From: Candidatus Aceula meridiana
Lineage (GTDB): Bacteria; Omnitrophota; Gorgyraeia; Zapsychrales; Aceulaceae
Assembly: GCA_030765185.1 (NCBI GenBank)
Contig: JAVCDE010000024.1
Span: forward strand, 315,538-379,537
Reading direction: 5' to 3'
Length of the DNA stretch: 64,000 nt
Positions 9,710 to 20,780 of the stretch are shown piece after piece. Made by a program: the position numbers and the translations under genes. The notes under the pieces are model-generated. The model had not been told where the DNA came from and ran no database searches. It saw only the letters and a list, made by a program, of their open reading frames with translations. Position 1 is the first letter of the stretch. Each line of letters begins with the position of its first letter.

Positions 9710-10036
9710 TTATTCTTTAATCATCGTTAAAACCATTTTAAACCTTTCAATAGCTTTAACAGCATGCGGATCATTAGCCGGCATGATAATTACTTGATTC
9801 TCTTTGACAATATAAGATTTGCCGTTGATTAAAATCTCTGCCTGTCCATCAACCACTTGAACCATGGCATCAAAAGGCGCGCTATGCTCGCTTAATGCCT
9901 GGCCTTTATCAAAAGCAAAGACCGTAACAGTCCCAACGGACTTATCAATAACGGTTTTACTAACGACTGAACCTGCCTGATAATCAATCACATCTTTAAA
10001 ACATAAAACTTTTGATTTTAAATTCTCATCTGTCAT
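9710..10036 (-). CDS. Cupin domain protein (hcp-associated)
   Basis: FAFDKGQALSEHSAPFDA and MPANDPHAVKA motifs. Confidence 0.85.
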   Translation of the reverse strand: MTDENLKSKVLCFKDVIDYQAGSVVSKTVIDKSVGTVTVFAFDKGQALSEHSAPFDAMVQVVDGQAEILINGKSYIVKENQVIIMPANDPHAVKAIERFKMVLTMIKE

Positions 10037-10057
10037 AGCGTTTCCCTTCTTAAAGAA

Positions 10058-11695
10058 TTAAACTCCACTCATCATAGCTTTAACATCTTCTTCAACAGCA
10101 CCGATAGGCTTGATGTCAAAAGCATCAACTAAAACTTTAGCCACACCCGGGGACACAAAAGCTGGAAGGGTCGGCCCAAGACGAATTCCTTTAAATCCTA
10201 AATGTAAAAGCGCTAAAAGCACACAAACTGCTTTTTGCTCATACCATGCAATGTCAAATGACAACGGGAGCTTATTAATATCGTCCAATTCAAAAACTTC
10301 TTTTAATTTTAGCGCGATAACCGCCAAAGAATAAGAATCATTGCACTGGCCTGCGTCTAAAACACGCGGAATGCCATCGATGTCTCCAAGATTAAGCTTG
10401 TTGTATCGGTACTTGGCACATCCAGCAGTTAAGATAACTGTATCTTTTGGAAGTTTTTCGGCAACTTCTGTAAAATAGTTTCGAGAAGTGTGTCGTCCGT
10501 CGCATCCGGCCATAACTATAAAACGTTTAATCTTTCCTGCTTTAATAGCACCAACAACTTTATCAGCTAGCTGAAGCACTTGATGATGCGCGAACCCTCC
10601 AATGATTTCGCCTTTTTCTATTTCTGTTGGCGGCGGGCAAGTTTTGGCAAGCTCAAGAATCTCAGAAAAATCCTTAGTACCACCCTCGGTCCGATTGGCG
10701 AGATGCTTAGCCCCAGGATATCCTGCCATTCCTGTTGTAAAAAATCTATCTTTGTAAGAATCTTTAAGCGGTGTAATGCAATTTGTTGTCATAAGGATTG
10801 GGCCATTAAAAGACTCAAATTCTTTTGATTGATTCCACCAAGAACTTCCGTAATTTCCGACAAAATGGCTGTACTTTTTAAACTCCGGATAATAATTTGC
10901 CGGAAGCATTTCGCTATGCGTATAAATGTCAACGCCTGTTCCTTCAGTCTGTTTTAAAAGTTCTTCCATATCTTTTAAATCATGACCTGAAATAAGAATT
11001 CCGGGATTTTTCCCAACGCCAATATTAACTTTTGTGATTTCAGGGTTACCGTATGTTTTGGTATTGGCCTCATCTAAGAGCGCCATGGCCTTAACCGACA
11101 CTTCTCCGGTCTCAAGAACCAAGGCTGTAAGCTCATCAGCGGATAAATCTTTAGCAATAGCAGCCATAGCCTTTACAGCAAAGGCAAAAATTTCATCATT
11201 ATAAAATCCTAACGCAGCCGCATGGTCTGTGTAAGCGGCAGCCCCTTTAAGGCCATAAAGCGTTAACGCCTTGAGTGAGCGAAGATCCTCGTTGTCGCTG
11301 TAAGAAATCGGGCTTACCTTAGAAGCTTTTTCTAAAGCAGCCTCTTCATTATCAGCGTTCCAAGTAATCGACCCATGCAAATCGTCACTATCTTCAATAC
11401 CTGCTTTCTTCTTAATAGCATCTCTTATCTCTAGTCCTTGATGAATTAGCGTCTTAATTCTTTTCTCATCAAAATTAGCATTGGTGATGGTGACAAACAA
11501 CGACTGCATCATAAAAACGCCATCTTTGCGATCAATAGGCAAATTTGTTTTCTCGCTGCAAAGGGCTATTCCCTCTAAAACATACATCAACAAATCCATC
11601 AAATTACTAACATCTTCGTCTTTACCACAGACGCCTTTGATGCTACATCCGGTATTTTTTGCGGTTTCTTGGCACTGATAACAGAACATACTCAT
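10058..11695 (-). CDS. hcp: Hydroxylamine reductase / hybrid cluster protein
   Basis: [44 protein letters not shown]. Confidence 0.97.
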   Translation of the reverse strand: MSMFCYQCQETAKNTGCSIKGVCGKDEDVSNLMDLLMYVLEGIALCSEKTNLPIDRKDGVFMMQSLFVTITNANFDEKRIKTLIHQGLEIRDAIKKKAGIEDSDDLHGSITWNADNEEAALEKASKVSPISYSDNEDLRSLKALTLYGLKGAAAYTDHAAALGFYNDEIFAFAVKAMAAIAKDLSADELTALVLETGEVSVKAMALLDEANTKTYGNPEITKVNIGVGKNPGILISGHDLKDMEELLKQTEGTGVDIYTHSEMLPANYYPEFKKYSHFVGNYGSSWWNQSKEFESFNGPILMTTNCITPLKDSYKDRFFTTGMAGYPGAKHLANRTEGGTKDFSEILELAKTCPPPTEIEKGEIIGGFAHHQVLQLADKVVGAIKAGKIKRFIVMAGCDGRHTSRNYFTEVAEKLPKDTVILTAGCAKYRYNKLNLGDIDGIPRVLDAGQCNDSYSLAVIALKLKEVFELDDINKLPLSFDIAWYEQKAVCVLLALLHLGFKGIRLGPTLPAFVSPGVAKVLVDAFDIKPIGAVEEDVKAMMSGV

Positions 11696-12099
11696 TTTTT
11701 CCTCCTTATTAAATTTTTGATTGTAACTTTACTAAGCTTTTCAATAACAGCTTCTTCAGCTTCCTTAATATGCTCCCTTAAAATACAAGTCTTTCTATTG
11801 TGACATATTTTTTTCTGAAACATGCAATCGACAAGTTGAACTTTCCCTTGGAATATTTTCATGACATCAACAAGTCTGATCTTTGCAGGGTTAATTTTAA
11901 GACGGAACCCTCCTTTGCCCCCTTCTTTGGATTCAACATATCCGGCCGCGATAAGTTTTTGAAAAATCTTCCTAAGATAGTGATACGGAATTTTATTCTT
12001 GTGAGAAATTTCTTTCGATGAAAGAAAATCTTTGTTGCTCTTAGCCAAATACACCAAAGACTGCACTGCGTAATCTGAGTTCTTGGTTAACAGCTTCAT
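11692..12099 (-). CDS. Rrf2-family transcriptional regulator with three C-terminal Cys
   Basis: [27 protein letters not shown]; SD GGGGG before ATG 12099. Confidence 0.9.
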   Translation of the reverse strand: MKLLTKNSDYAVQSLVYLAKSNKDFLSSKEISHKNKIPYHYLRKIFQKLIAAGYVESKEGGKGGFRLKINPAKIRLVDVMKIFQGKVQLVDCMFQKKICHNRKTCILREHIKEAEEAVIEKLSKVTIKNLIRRKK

Positions 12100-12111
12100 T
12101 GGTCCCCCTTC

Positions 12112-12150
12112 GACTGGGACTAATATAGTCCCAGTCATAGAAAATGTCAA
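12112..12150 (-). promoter_or_regulatory. Sigma70 promoter with a perfect palindromic operator
   Basis: TTGACA-17-TATATT on the minus strand; GACTGGGACTA-ata-TAGTCCCAGTC (12112-12136) covers the -10. Confidence 0.75.
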
Positions 12151-12393
12151 GTGTTTTTATTTAGCTCGAGATGACTCTAAAAATTCCATCTAGGACCGAA
12201 ATTTCTTTTATTCCTTTAAAAATATAATTCTGTGATAAAATATATTTATGGACTTACAAAAAACATGCAGCGTCTTCGAGAATATTTTTCTAAAAACTTT
12301 TAAAAAACCGTAAATAAAAAACCTTGACCAAAAAAGATACGACACACACCAGCAGAAAAATTTCGCGTCTTTTTCGTCCGCAATCCTTTTTAA

Positions 12394-14211
12394 ATGAATC
12401 TCTCTCCAACAAAATTCTTTCTTAAAAAACAAAATCTAAAGATCATATTCTTTTTAGCTCTCATCCTTATCAATTTTTTTGTTTTTTTCCCGTCTTTTTT
12501 TCATGTTGCTCGACATGATCAGCTTCTCTACGTGGGAGACCTCTCTGGCGATAATAGCTGGATTTCCCTAGCGATTAAAAAAGCTGTAACCTACAATCGA
12601 GACCAGCACTTGTTTCCGGGACACGACCCCATGCTCTTTCGCCCTCTTTTTTATTTTCTTCTAGGAACTGAGCTATGGATCTTTCAATACAATTTTGTGC
12701 TCTGGCAAATCACAGGATTTCTGTTGCACCTTGCTGTTCTTTGGTTTTTCTTAGGACTTTTATGGCAAATCCGAGAAAGCATCTTTGCAGGACTACTGGT
12801 GCTTTTCTTTTCTGTCCTATATGCAAATGTTGAGATGGTTATTTGGCATCACGTTAACAGTTACATGATCTTTGTTGCTCTAACACTTTTTTGTTTTAAA
12901 ATTTTCTATCGAATAATTTGCGACCGGCGAGTAACTTCAAGACAAGCTTGGTTTTTATTCTTCTCTCTTTTAATATCTTCCCTTATTTACGAAGGGGCAT
13001 TTCTATATTCGCTCTTTTTCTTTGTTTTTTCAAAACTTTTCTTATCCCCGCACCGCAATGAAAAAAAGCTAGCATCTCGACATTGGCGAGTCATGATTCT
13101 TGCGCCTGCTATTATCTACTTATCGTTAAACCTTCTTACACTTTTTCTAAAATGGAATACTATTTCAAAAGGGGCGTCCTCTTTAAAAACATTTTCGGCT
13201 GCTAGCTCTATAAAAGCCGTCTTTGCTTCCTCTTGGTGGTGGATTTCTGAAGGACTTTTCCCAGAGCTACTAAAACCTGCGCTTCAGCAGAGAATTGTTT
13301 TTTACTACAACGGTGCTTTCCTGGGACTAAAAAATATTTTTTCTCTTCAAAATATTCTCTCCATTGGATTTTTATCCTTATTTGGATCTATCCTAATCTA
13401 TTTAATTCTTTTACAAAAAAGCCTGTCTAAGAACTTTATCAGGGAAAGATACAAGTTTATTATTCTTATTTTAGGAATATGGACGATACAAATTATCGTT
13501 CTTGCGGTAGGACGCATTGCCTCTGGAGGTCTAAGTTTATTGGCAAACTGTAGCTATTACAACTATCTTTTCTGGCCATACCCTATTATCCTTGTTTACA
13601 GCCTAATCGATTTCAAGAAGCAGTCTTGTCGGCATAAAATTCTGAACGTAAGAAATCTTTCAATCCTATTTCTTGCAACTCTCATCGCAATTAACGGAAC
13701 CCGGACTTGGGCTCTTAATGACCGCTACCGAAGAGTCTGGAAAAAACAATTTCTGGTTACAAGAAAGATTCAAAATCTTGTTAAAAGTCATCGAAATGAA
13801 AAAAATTTCTCTTTTACGGTTGACGAACGGGATAGGCTCTATCTACCATGGATTCACAAAACTCATCCCCTCCTTAGCGAGGAGCCATACTTTTATAGTC
13901 AGATGCTTTATCCTTCTCTTATAAACGAAAACAATCCAAAATACACGATTAGTTTTACAGAGAAAGAGCGTCAAGAAATCACTCAGACCTCTCTTGAGGG
14001 CACTCTAGAGAATCTCTCAGAAAAGCCTATTCTTGTCTGGGGCGTTTCAGATCTTAAATTATTTTTCTTCTTAACAAATCTTTACCTTCAGCAAGGTGAA
14101 AAAGAAAAGGCCCTGAGACTAATAGACAGGATATTATCATTAAACCCTCACCCAAAAGAATTTCGGAAGACTTTAGAAAGCCAGAAAAATTTTATTGAAA
14201 AAAAATTTTAA
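12394..14211 (+). CDS. GT-C/PMT-like polytopic membrane glycosyltransferase with TPR-like C-terminus
   Basis: HD acidic motif after TM1, FRPL, GFLLH, YE motifs; C-terminal single TPR-like repeat. Confidence 0.6.
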   Translation: MNLSPTKFFLKKQNLKIIFFLALILINFFVFFPSFFHVARHDQLLYVGDLSGDNSWISLAIKKAVTYNRDQHLFPGHDPMLFRPLFYFLLGTELWIFQYNFVLWQITGFLLHLAVLWFFLGLLWQIRESIFAGLLVLFFSVLYANVEMVIWHHVNSYMIFVALTLFCFKIFYRIICDRRVTSRQAWFLFFSLLISSLIYEGAFLYSLFFFVFSKLFLSPHRNEKKLASRHWRVMILAPAIIYLSLNLLTLFLKWNTISKGASSLKTFSAASSIKAVFASSWWWISEGLFPELLKPALQQRIVFYYNGAFLGLKNIFSLQNILSIGFLSLFGSILIYLILLQKSLSKNFIRERYKFIILILGIWTIQIIVLAVGRIASGGLSLLANCSYYNYLFWPYPIILVYSLIDFKKQSCRHKILNVRNLSILFLATLIAINGTRTWALNDRYRRVWKKQFLVTRKIQNLVKSHRNEKNFSFTVDERDRLYLPWIHKTHPLLSEEPYFYSQMLYPSLINENNPKYTISFTEKERQEITQTSLEGTLENLSEKPILVWGVSDLKLFFFLTNLYLQQGEKEKALRLIDRILSLNPHPKEFRKTLESQKNFIEKKF

Positions 14212-14348
14212 TCTCCTTTTATCTTTTCTTTTTTTCACCATCAAGACAACAAAAAGTCCACGTTGATTATTCCAGCAAACCTATTGATAATTATCCAGGC
14301 GCAAACAATCTGCATCACTGCTTGATAAGAACAATTGTTCTTATATTA

Positions 14349-16508
14349 TTAAAATACGGTATTCATCGTTTGTAGAATATAGAAATTCTTCATGTCTACA
14401 TTATCCAAGTAAATTCTATAAAAATCTTCGTTGCTTTCAGCCCCTGTCCTGTAAATAACAACATAATAAGACCCTTGCGAAAGAATAGATTGTTGCGGAA
14501 AATGGAAGGAAACGTTCTGACCATCAGGATTATTGGAAATCTCTCGAGCAGAAACTATTTTAGAAGAAAAATTTTCTCCATAAGGAAGGTAGTAGGGTCC
14601 TTCTTTAGACTTATAATAAAGATAAGCCACAAGACCGTCCTCTGGATTGCCAACCTTATAGATACGCTGTGGCAATTCATTTAAAGCTTGCGGCTTTGAA
14701 ATCTCGAAACTAAATCCAAAAAACTTATAAATAGACGATTTTGTCCCAATATTTCGAATCCCGTTAAAGACAAGATTCTCGAATTCTTTTCGAGGTAAAA
14801 TTTGTTCCGCATCTTGTTTAAGGCGTTTTGCGTCAATGATCCACGCTTTGCCCTTCTCCAAATCTTTATCGGTAAAAATACCTTTTACTAGGTACATATA
14901 TGAGAGGACTTCCTCTTCATGAACCCAAATTCGGCTAGAAGCAATAGTCTGAAAAGAGGCAATGGCATATTTTTCAAGAATATTTCTTTCTAAAATTTCA
15001 TTAAGAAAAATATCTAAATCAAAATCTGAATAATTTTCATAAAAATTATAAATTGCCTTTGTTGTTACCGGCGGGATAAGGATAGCCCCCTCAGAGACTT
15101 GATAAATATTGTTTATATAATTCATCTTATCAAGAGCACCTTGGCTAAGATTCTGGGTAAATTCTTCCCAGAATGGATATCTTTTGTAAGTATAAATCTT
15201 TCTATCTGAGATTTGCTCAATTTTCTTCGAAATATAATTCTTTGCCATTCTGCAAGGAAAAATATCCGTTCCAAAAAGATACACGTTAAAAAGAATATGC
15301 AGAAAAAGAATAAAAGACCCAAAAATCTTTAAAACCCTTCTATGGGATTCCGACAAATTTAAGCGCATAATATGTGAAAGACCATAAGCTAAAAGAAAAA
15401 TTAAACCCACCAAGACTGGATAATAGTTAGCGCCATACTGAGAAATACCTCGTATCTCCATAAAGAGTACTGGTAACCAAACTACGCCAATCAAGAAAAA
15501 AATTCTTATTTTATCTTTCCAGGATTCTTTTACAATGCCTTGAAATAAAAGATAAAAAACACAAACAATAATGACAGGAAAAAGAATAGGCATAATCAGA
15601 ATAAAATATTTAAAAATCCAAATCCATCCCCCTCTCGCATGGACGACATCTCCAGAAATCCATTGCTGCAGAATAGGCTGATTGTAATAAAAATGGTTAC
15701 TATCGCAATTAAGATAAACGTAGTAAAAATAACTTTTGATATTATACAAAATATTAGGATAGTTAAAACAAATGAAAATAGCGGCGAATCCTAAAAAGAA
15801 TAAGAAAAAATGAACTAATAATCCCCTTAAAAGACTCCATCTAAAACTCTGAAATAAAGTAAAACATTTTTCATGATATAGGAAAGCTGCGGCATAATAC
15901 GGAAGATACGCCATTGATGTCGGCGAAGAATGTAATGAAAGGCATAAAAAACAACCAGAAAAAATAAGAAAGAAATTCTTGCGGAGATAGATGCTCGAAA
16001 CCTGAAGGAGATAAAAAGCTAAAAGAAAATTCAATAAGCCTAAAGGCTGATGTTTAGGAAATAGCAAATAAAGAAAAGACCAAACACAAGTAATAAATAC
16101 AAAGTAGCAAATAAGACCAACGGCTCTGCCAAAATAATTTCGAAGAATAAGAAAAATTAAGACTGCGGACCCTGCAAATGAAAGAGTTAAAAGAATAACT
16201 AAGGGATTAAGCGTTTCATAGTCTTTGAATATTCTCTGAAAGATTGCTAACAAAAAAAACAAAACTTCTTTTCCATGAAGCCAGACTTGATGATTGTTGT
16301 CAAAACCCTTATGTATTTCAGAAATAAAATGAACATCAAAAATATTCTTTGCTGTTTTAAGATAATAGACATCTGCATCGGTCGGAAAAGGAAGCATATC
16401 CCATGTCATTGCAATAAAACAACCTGCAATAACTAGCGAAACGCAGACAACAAAGAACGTTGTCCGCGTATTAAAAAGGATTCTAATTTGTCTAATACAA
16501 GAACGCAT
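14349..16508 (-). CDS. GT-C/PMT-like polytopic membrane protein
   Basis: TDADVYY acidic loop after TM1; about 11 TMs followed by a soluble domain. Confidence 0.55.
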   Translation of the reverse strand: MRSCIRQIRILFNTRTTFFVVCVSLVIAGCFIAMTWDMLPFPTDADVYYLKTAKNIFDVHFISEIHKGFDNNHQVWLHGKEVLFFLLAIFQRIFKDYETLNPLVILLTLSFAGSAVLIFLILRNYFGRAVGLICYFVFITCVWSFLYLLFPKHQPLGLLNFLLAFYLLQVSSIYLRKNFFLIFSGCFLCLSLHSSPTSMAYLPYYAAAFLYHEKCFTLFQSFRWSLLRGLLVHFFLFFLGFAAIFICFNYPNILYNIKSYFYYVYLNCDSNHFYYNQPILQQWISGDVVHARGGWIWIFKYFILIMPILFPVIIVCVFYLLFQGIVKESWKDKIRIFFLIGVVWLPVLFMEIRGISQYGANYYPVLVGLIFLLAYGLSHIMRLNLSESHRRVLKIFGSFILFLHILFNVYLFGTDIFPCRMAKNYISKKIEQISDRKIYTYKRYPFWEEFTQNLSQGALDKMNYINNIYQVSEGAILIPPVTTKAIYNFYENYSDFDLDIFLNEILERNILEKYAIASFQTIASSRIWVHEEEVLSYMYLVKGIFTDKDLEKGKAWIIDAKRLKQDAEQILPRKEFENLVFNGIRNIGTKSSIYKFFGFSFEISKPQALNELPQRIYKVGNPEDGLVAYLYYKSKEGPYYLPYGENFSSKIVSAREISNNPDGQNVSFHFPQQSILSQGSYYVVIYRTGAESNEDFYRIYLDNVDMKNFYILQTMNTVF

Positions 16509-16553
16509 TTATAAAATTATTGTGTTGAATTTATTAACTATTTGAAAACAAAA

Positions 16554-18995
16554 CTATTTCTTTAAAAACATTCCGAAAAAAAGCGTATTCAAAAAATATA
16601 AAATTAAGGCTAAGGATAAAACAAAGTTGAACCCTAGAAACTGTGCAACCGTAATGGCCAAAATCGATCCCAAAACACTAAATCCGCTATTAATGCCCCA
16701 CGCCCAAGGAATTGCATCTGGAAAATCTTTACTGAGGAACTGCAGCCCGGCCGGAAAAAAGAAACCGAGGGTCAACCCAACAGGAAAAATAAGAAGACAA
16801 GCCCCCAGGGCTCTTACAGCAAAAGAATAGTTAATAAGAAGATCGACAACTTTTCCTGCCCCAAAAATTAACAGAAGCAAAAAAGCAGCAAGCATAAAGA
16901 AAAAGCTTCGATGAAGAAAAACTTTTGATTTTAATGATTTCTCGAGGAAAGAAGCCAGCAGGCTTCCTAGACCTGAGGAAAAAAGAATCGCGGCCAAAGT
17001 AATCGAGATTGAATAAATCGGGCTTCCTAACAATAATACAAATTTCTGCATCAAAGGAATTTCAACAAACATAAATCCTAAGCCCAAAGTTGCAAAATAG
17101 GCGATAAACGATACTTTTTTACACCTAGGGATGGCTTTTATGCCAGTTTTTTTTGAAAGAAAAAGAGGAAGAAAAATAAACAAAAAGATAAAAATAAGCG
17201 CCTGCAAGAGAACAAGAATCTGAGTCAAAAACATGACTGTTCCTAAATGATGCTCCCGAATAACATTAAAAGGATTAAAAGAGCTAATCTTGTAATGCTT
17301 ATAAAAGAATGGATCATTGTCTGTTACAACCGAAACGTCGAAAGGATACCTCTTCTCAAAGGCCTCTCTCTCGCCCTGCCGGAATGCTGCAAGGTAGGAA
17401 TCAAAAATAATTGGCATTGGATACTCTATGTTAGATGGAAAAATGAATAACTCATTCTTATTTCTTAAATACTTGATGATTTGTTCTCTCTCATCTTTTA
17501 AAAATGGCGTCTTCTTGATAAGCATTTGCCAAGACTCGCCTCCGCCAATAATAATATGCTCCCACGGTCTTTGCGCTCCCATAGTCTTAAGGGCGTCTAG
17601 GGCAATGGCATAAAGCCTTAAGCTCTCGCGTGGCGGATATCCTGTCCAACAGCGACAGAAACTAATCCTCCCGTCATCCTTGAGAACGCTAAGATAATCA
17701 AGAATAGCTTCCTTTGTGTATAAATAGCTTTCGGAATATGTATAAGCGCCCGTTGATAAACCAGAGAAGGTGTCGACTAGATTGACAATTAAAAGATCAA
17801 AGTCACCATCTTTAAATCTTTTTACAAAATGTCGACCATCAACAGGATAAATTTTAACTCCCTCTAGTCCGTAAACCTTCCCAGAATATTCATAAAGTGG
17901 CCCACCTTCAGACATTGCGCGAAATATCCCTGGATTAATCTCTGCGCCAGCTACTGCGTGGGCATCATGACTTTTGGCAATAAAAATATCCCGACCACCG
18001 CCAGTCCCGATGATAAGAACTTTCGGCTGACGAAGCCCGACATAGCAAGCTTCACTATCAAGACTAAAAACTTTTAACTGAGAATTCTTTTCGGCAAGGC
18101 CTTCTGAAGATAGCTTATAGACAACAGTCCCTGCCAAAAAATTATTTGAAATATAGGCTAAGTCTGGGGCTGGGGTTACATTAATTTGAAAAGTTTTACG
18201 ATTGAATTTCCGAATCTTCTTTTGATTTTCCTTGCCTTCCACTCGAACGACATCTACACGACCCAAAGGTGTCCATTTTGAATAAAGATTTTTATATTGT
18301 CCTTCTGAGAAAGTTCCAGGAAGGTACTCCCAACCTTTCGCCTCATCAATTTTATAATTCTGGACTTCAGGTATTTTTATAAAGCCTACGAGGAAAACAA
18401 TAGTCAGGATAGCAAAAAGTATTTTATATTTGGCATTTCTCTTAGCTATCCATAAAAAAGAAAGGCAGAGCCCGATAAAACATAACAAAGCAACAGAATG
18501 TACGATCGCCAAAGAATTGATTAAAGGGTAAAAAAGAACGGTTCCTAAACTAGCTCCGGCAAGGTCAAAGAAATAAATTATAAAATTCTTTTTGGGATTT
18601 GTATGAAAAATGTACGAAATAAGAAAACCTATGACAACAAATGGAACAGCTAAGATAGAATAAGAAAGAAGCAACATAAAGATCCCATGGAGATTCTTAA
18701 ACAAATCAACCAGGTAAGATATCTGGGTAGGAAAATAAATAAGCGTGACCATGCTTAAAAACGTCAAAACCGAAGCTAACGCTAAACATATGGGAACAAC
18801 ATGCTTCTTTCCTGCTAGCTTTTCTTTATTTAAAATATAGGCGTTCGCTCCAATTCCATATCCAAGTATGGCAAAAGGAATAACGATGTAAACGACATGG
18901 TTCCATGTTTTTAAATTGAGAACTTGCGTTGCAAACAATTCAAAAGAAAGCGCTAATGACGAAACATAAAATATAGAAATGTAGGAAAGAAGCAT
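16554..18995 (-). CDS. Membrane-embedded spermidine-synthase-like SAM-dependent transferase
   Basis: VLIIGTGGGRD, EINP, DGRHF, ESYLYTKEA, GLGFMFVEI, WAWGIN motifs. Confidence 0.8.
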   Translation of the reverse strand: MLLSYISIFYVSSLALSFELFATQVLNLKTWNHVVYIVIPFAILGYGIGANAYILNKEKLAGKKHVVPICLALASVLTFLSMVTLIYFPTQISYLVDLFKNLHGIFMLLLSYSILAVPFVVIGFLISYIFHTNPKKNFIIYFFDLAGASLGTVLFYPLINSLAIVHSVALLCFIGLCLSFLWIAKRNAKYKILFAILTIVFLVGFIKIPEVQNYKIDEAKGWEYLPGTFSEGQYKNLYSKWTPLGRVDVVRVEGKENQKKIRKFNRKTFQINVTPAPDLAYISNNFLAGTVVYKLSSEGLAEKNSQLKVFSLDSEACYVGLRQPKVLIIGTGGGRDIFIAKSHDAHAVAGAEINPGIFRAMSEGGPLYEYSGKVYGLEGVKIYPVDGRHFVKRFKDGDFDLLIVNLVDTFSGLSTGAYTYSESYLYTKEAILDYLSVLKDDGRISFCRCWTGYPPRESLRLYAIALDALKTMGAQRPWEHIIIGGGESWQMLIKKTPFLKDEREQIIKYLRNKNELFIFPSNIEYPMPIIFDSYLAAFRQGEREAFEKRYPFDVSVVTDNDPFFYKHYKISSFNPFNVIREHHLGTVMFLTQILVLLQALIFIFLFIFLPLFLSKKTGIKAIPRCKKVSFIAYFATLGLGFMFVEIPLMQKFVLLLGSPIYSISITLAAILFSSGLGSLLASFLEKSLKSKVFLHRSFFFMLAAFLLLLIFGAGKVVDLLINYSFAVRALGACLLIFPVGLTLGFFFPAGLQFLSKDFPDAIPWAWGINSGFSVLGSILAITVAQFLGFNFVLSLALILYFLNTLFFGMFLKK

Positions 18996-19191
18996 ACGCT
19001 AAAATTTTAAATAATCAATGGTTACCAAGCTTGTTTTAAAAACCCATCAAGCATCGTGGCTCGGACGAAAACTCACCAACGCACGATTCTTTTTAAGATA
19101 AATAAAAACCTCTTCCCTCTCGAAAAAGAAGTCTTTTGGTGTTGAAAATAAAAAAATGGTGGCACTGAGATTTTTTAAGGCAATCTCAATA

Positions 19192-19223
19192 TCCACCAAG
19201 ATTTGCGAAAAAATCTTGGTGGA
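19192..19223. terminator. Hairpin at the displaced tmRNA 3' end (original downstream flank)
   Basis: 13-bp perfect inverted repeat tccaccaagattt / aaatcttggtgga. Confidence 0.55.
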
Positions 19224-19236
19224 GGCGAGGAGAATC
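19217..19236 (-). repeat. att site: duplicated tmRNA 3' end
   Basis: tggtggaggcgaggagaatc matches 24782-24801 at 19 of 20 positions. Confidence 0.85.
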
Positions 19237-19457
19237 AATCAAGCAATTCTTCACAACCCCTTTATTTGCAATGATTTTACTAAATTATCGTCGAGAATGC
19301 AAGAATAATTATTGTGCGAGGAGTTACATTTAGATACGCTCAAGTGCGAGGGTTTTGATGTGGGATGGGCACCATTTGGGCACCATTCTTCTGTGTGCCA
19401 GATTCGTGACAGGTTTTAAAAACATTCAGACTATAAAGAGGATCAGTTTTTTCATTA

Positions 19458-20486
19458 CTATTCGATAGATTTCCCAAAATAGGCATACCACCCATCGGTT
19501 AAATATCCTGTTTTCTTCAACACAATATCACTAATGTAAATCTTCCCATCAAACGCAAAGATAAAATATCGCATATCATCGGACATCCCCCTAGGCCATA
19601 TCATGCTATACCCTGGTGCGTTCGCGCCAAGAAATCGTACTAATAGCTTTTCATTTCCATTCTCCTTCACCATCAAACTGCCAGAATTATTTTTGTATAC
19701 TGTAATCTTTTGATTACCGAACACTCTTCCATGATTAGCAATTCCCCTATTATTTGGCCCCCAGTAAACTTCTCGATCATCAATATAGCCAACCTTCCCA
19801 AATCGAGCTGAATAGGCAGGCGAATTTTCATAAATTTTTATGTTTTTCATTTTAGTAATTTCTTTTGAAATAAGATCGTATTGAAAAAATGCCTTTTCAA
19901 AATTTCCATAATAGTTATTACCTAAGTGAAATCTAAGTTTATTCTCTAAAAAAATCCTCTTTCCATCGTTAGCGACAGACAACTGAGACATCTCTTGAGG
20001 CGTATCAATGACTTCCTTTGTGCCGTCTTTTATGTTAAAAATACAGAGTTTCTTGCCATACATCATTAAATAAGCGAATCTGTTCCCGTCAGGGAACCAC
20101 GCTGGCTCCCAACAATTTTGACCCTTTTCGATAATGTTCATCTTCCCACTGTCTAAATCAATAAGGACTATTCCTACAGCATAAGTTGATGCATTATATG
20201 TCCGAGCCAATATTTTCGTTCTGTCAGGTGATATCTTAGAATCATCCTCATCAAAATCAACATTATCACACACTTTCTTCTCATTCCTACCCTGAAGATT
20301 CATTGAAAAAAGCGAATGCCCTTTTATCACATAAACTTTCTGACTCCCATCAATCCATGAAGTATCTGGCAAAACGCCAAGCATTCTTCCTTCTCGATTA
20401 ACTACAAAAATAAAAAAGAAAAAAATGACTGTTATTGTAATAGCTGCTGCAATGATAGCACCAATAAACAAAAAAACTTTCTTCAT
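19458..20486 (-). CDS. Membrane-anchored TolB/PD40-like beta-propeller protein
   Basis: N-terminal TM; ISPDRTKI, PAWFPDGNRFAY, ANDGKRI repeats; SD AGGAG. Confidence 0.7.
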   Translation of the reverse strand: MKKVFLFIGAIIAAAITITVIFFFFIFVVNREGRMLGVLPDTSWIDGSQKVYVIKGHSLFSMNLQGRNEKKVCDNVDFDEDDSKISPDRTKILARTYNASTYAVGIVLIDLDSGKMNIIEKGQNCWEPAWFPDGNRFAYLMMYGKKLCIFNIKDGTKEVIDTPQEMSQLSVANDGKRIFLENKLRFHLGNNYYGNFEKAFFQYDLISKEITKMKNIKIYENSPAYSARFGKVGYIDDREVYWGPNNRGIANHGRVFGNQKITVYKNNSGSLMVKENGNEKLLVRFLGANAPGYSMIWPRGMSDDMRYFIFAFDGKIYISDIVLKKTGYLTDGWYAYFGKSIE

Positions 20487-20625
20487 CACAATCTCCTTTT
20501 TAAACATTCTAACACGCTGCTCAAAAAAATTCTAAAAGTTATTGGAATTTAGTGTGTGTCTCTATAAATAAAAAAGACCCCGCCAAGGGGGTGTTGCGAC
20601 TTTTCTGGAGATTTTTACCCGACCA

Positions 20626-20719
20626 TCAGGCTACGAACCTGATTCTTTTACTTCCTAACTTATTGATATAAAACAAAAAGGCACATAACCTTGTGAGCTA
20701 TGTGCCAGATTTGTGCCAA
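20626..20719. repeat. att-arm-like dispersed repeat, copy 1, preceded by a tRNA-Arg(ACG) anticodon-arm-like core
   Basis: 20652-20719 matches 35022-35089 at 64 of 68 positions; TGTGCCA direct and inverted motifs; core TCAGG-CTACGAA-CCTGA. Confidence 0.7.
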
Positions 20720-20780
20720 AATTAAATATCAAAACGCTTTTTTTATTGCTGACTGAACATTTTCATTCGGCTAGCCGCTT

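Noticed and set aside
12208-12432. 74-aa minus-strand ORF upstream of rrf2
   Set aside because: Low-complexity Phe/Lys-rich frame across a divergent promoter region, overlapping the start of the 605-aa gene.
19047-19238. 63-aa ORF at the island boundary
   Set aside because: Overlaps the att duplicate and hairpins; no SD or recognisable motif.
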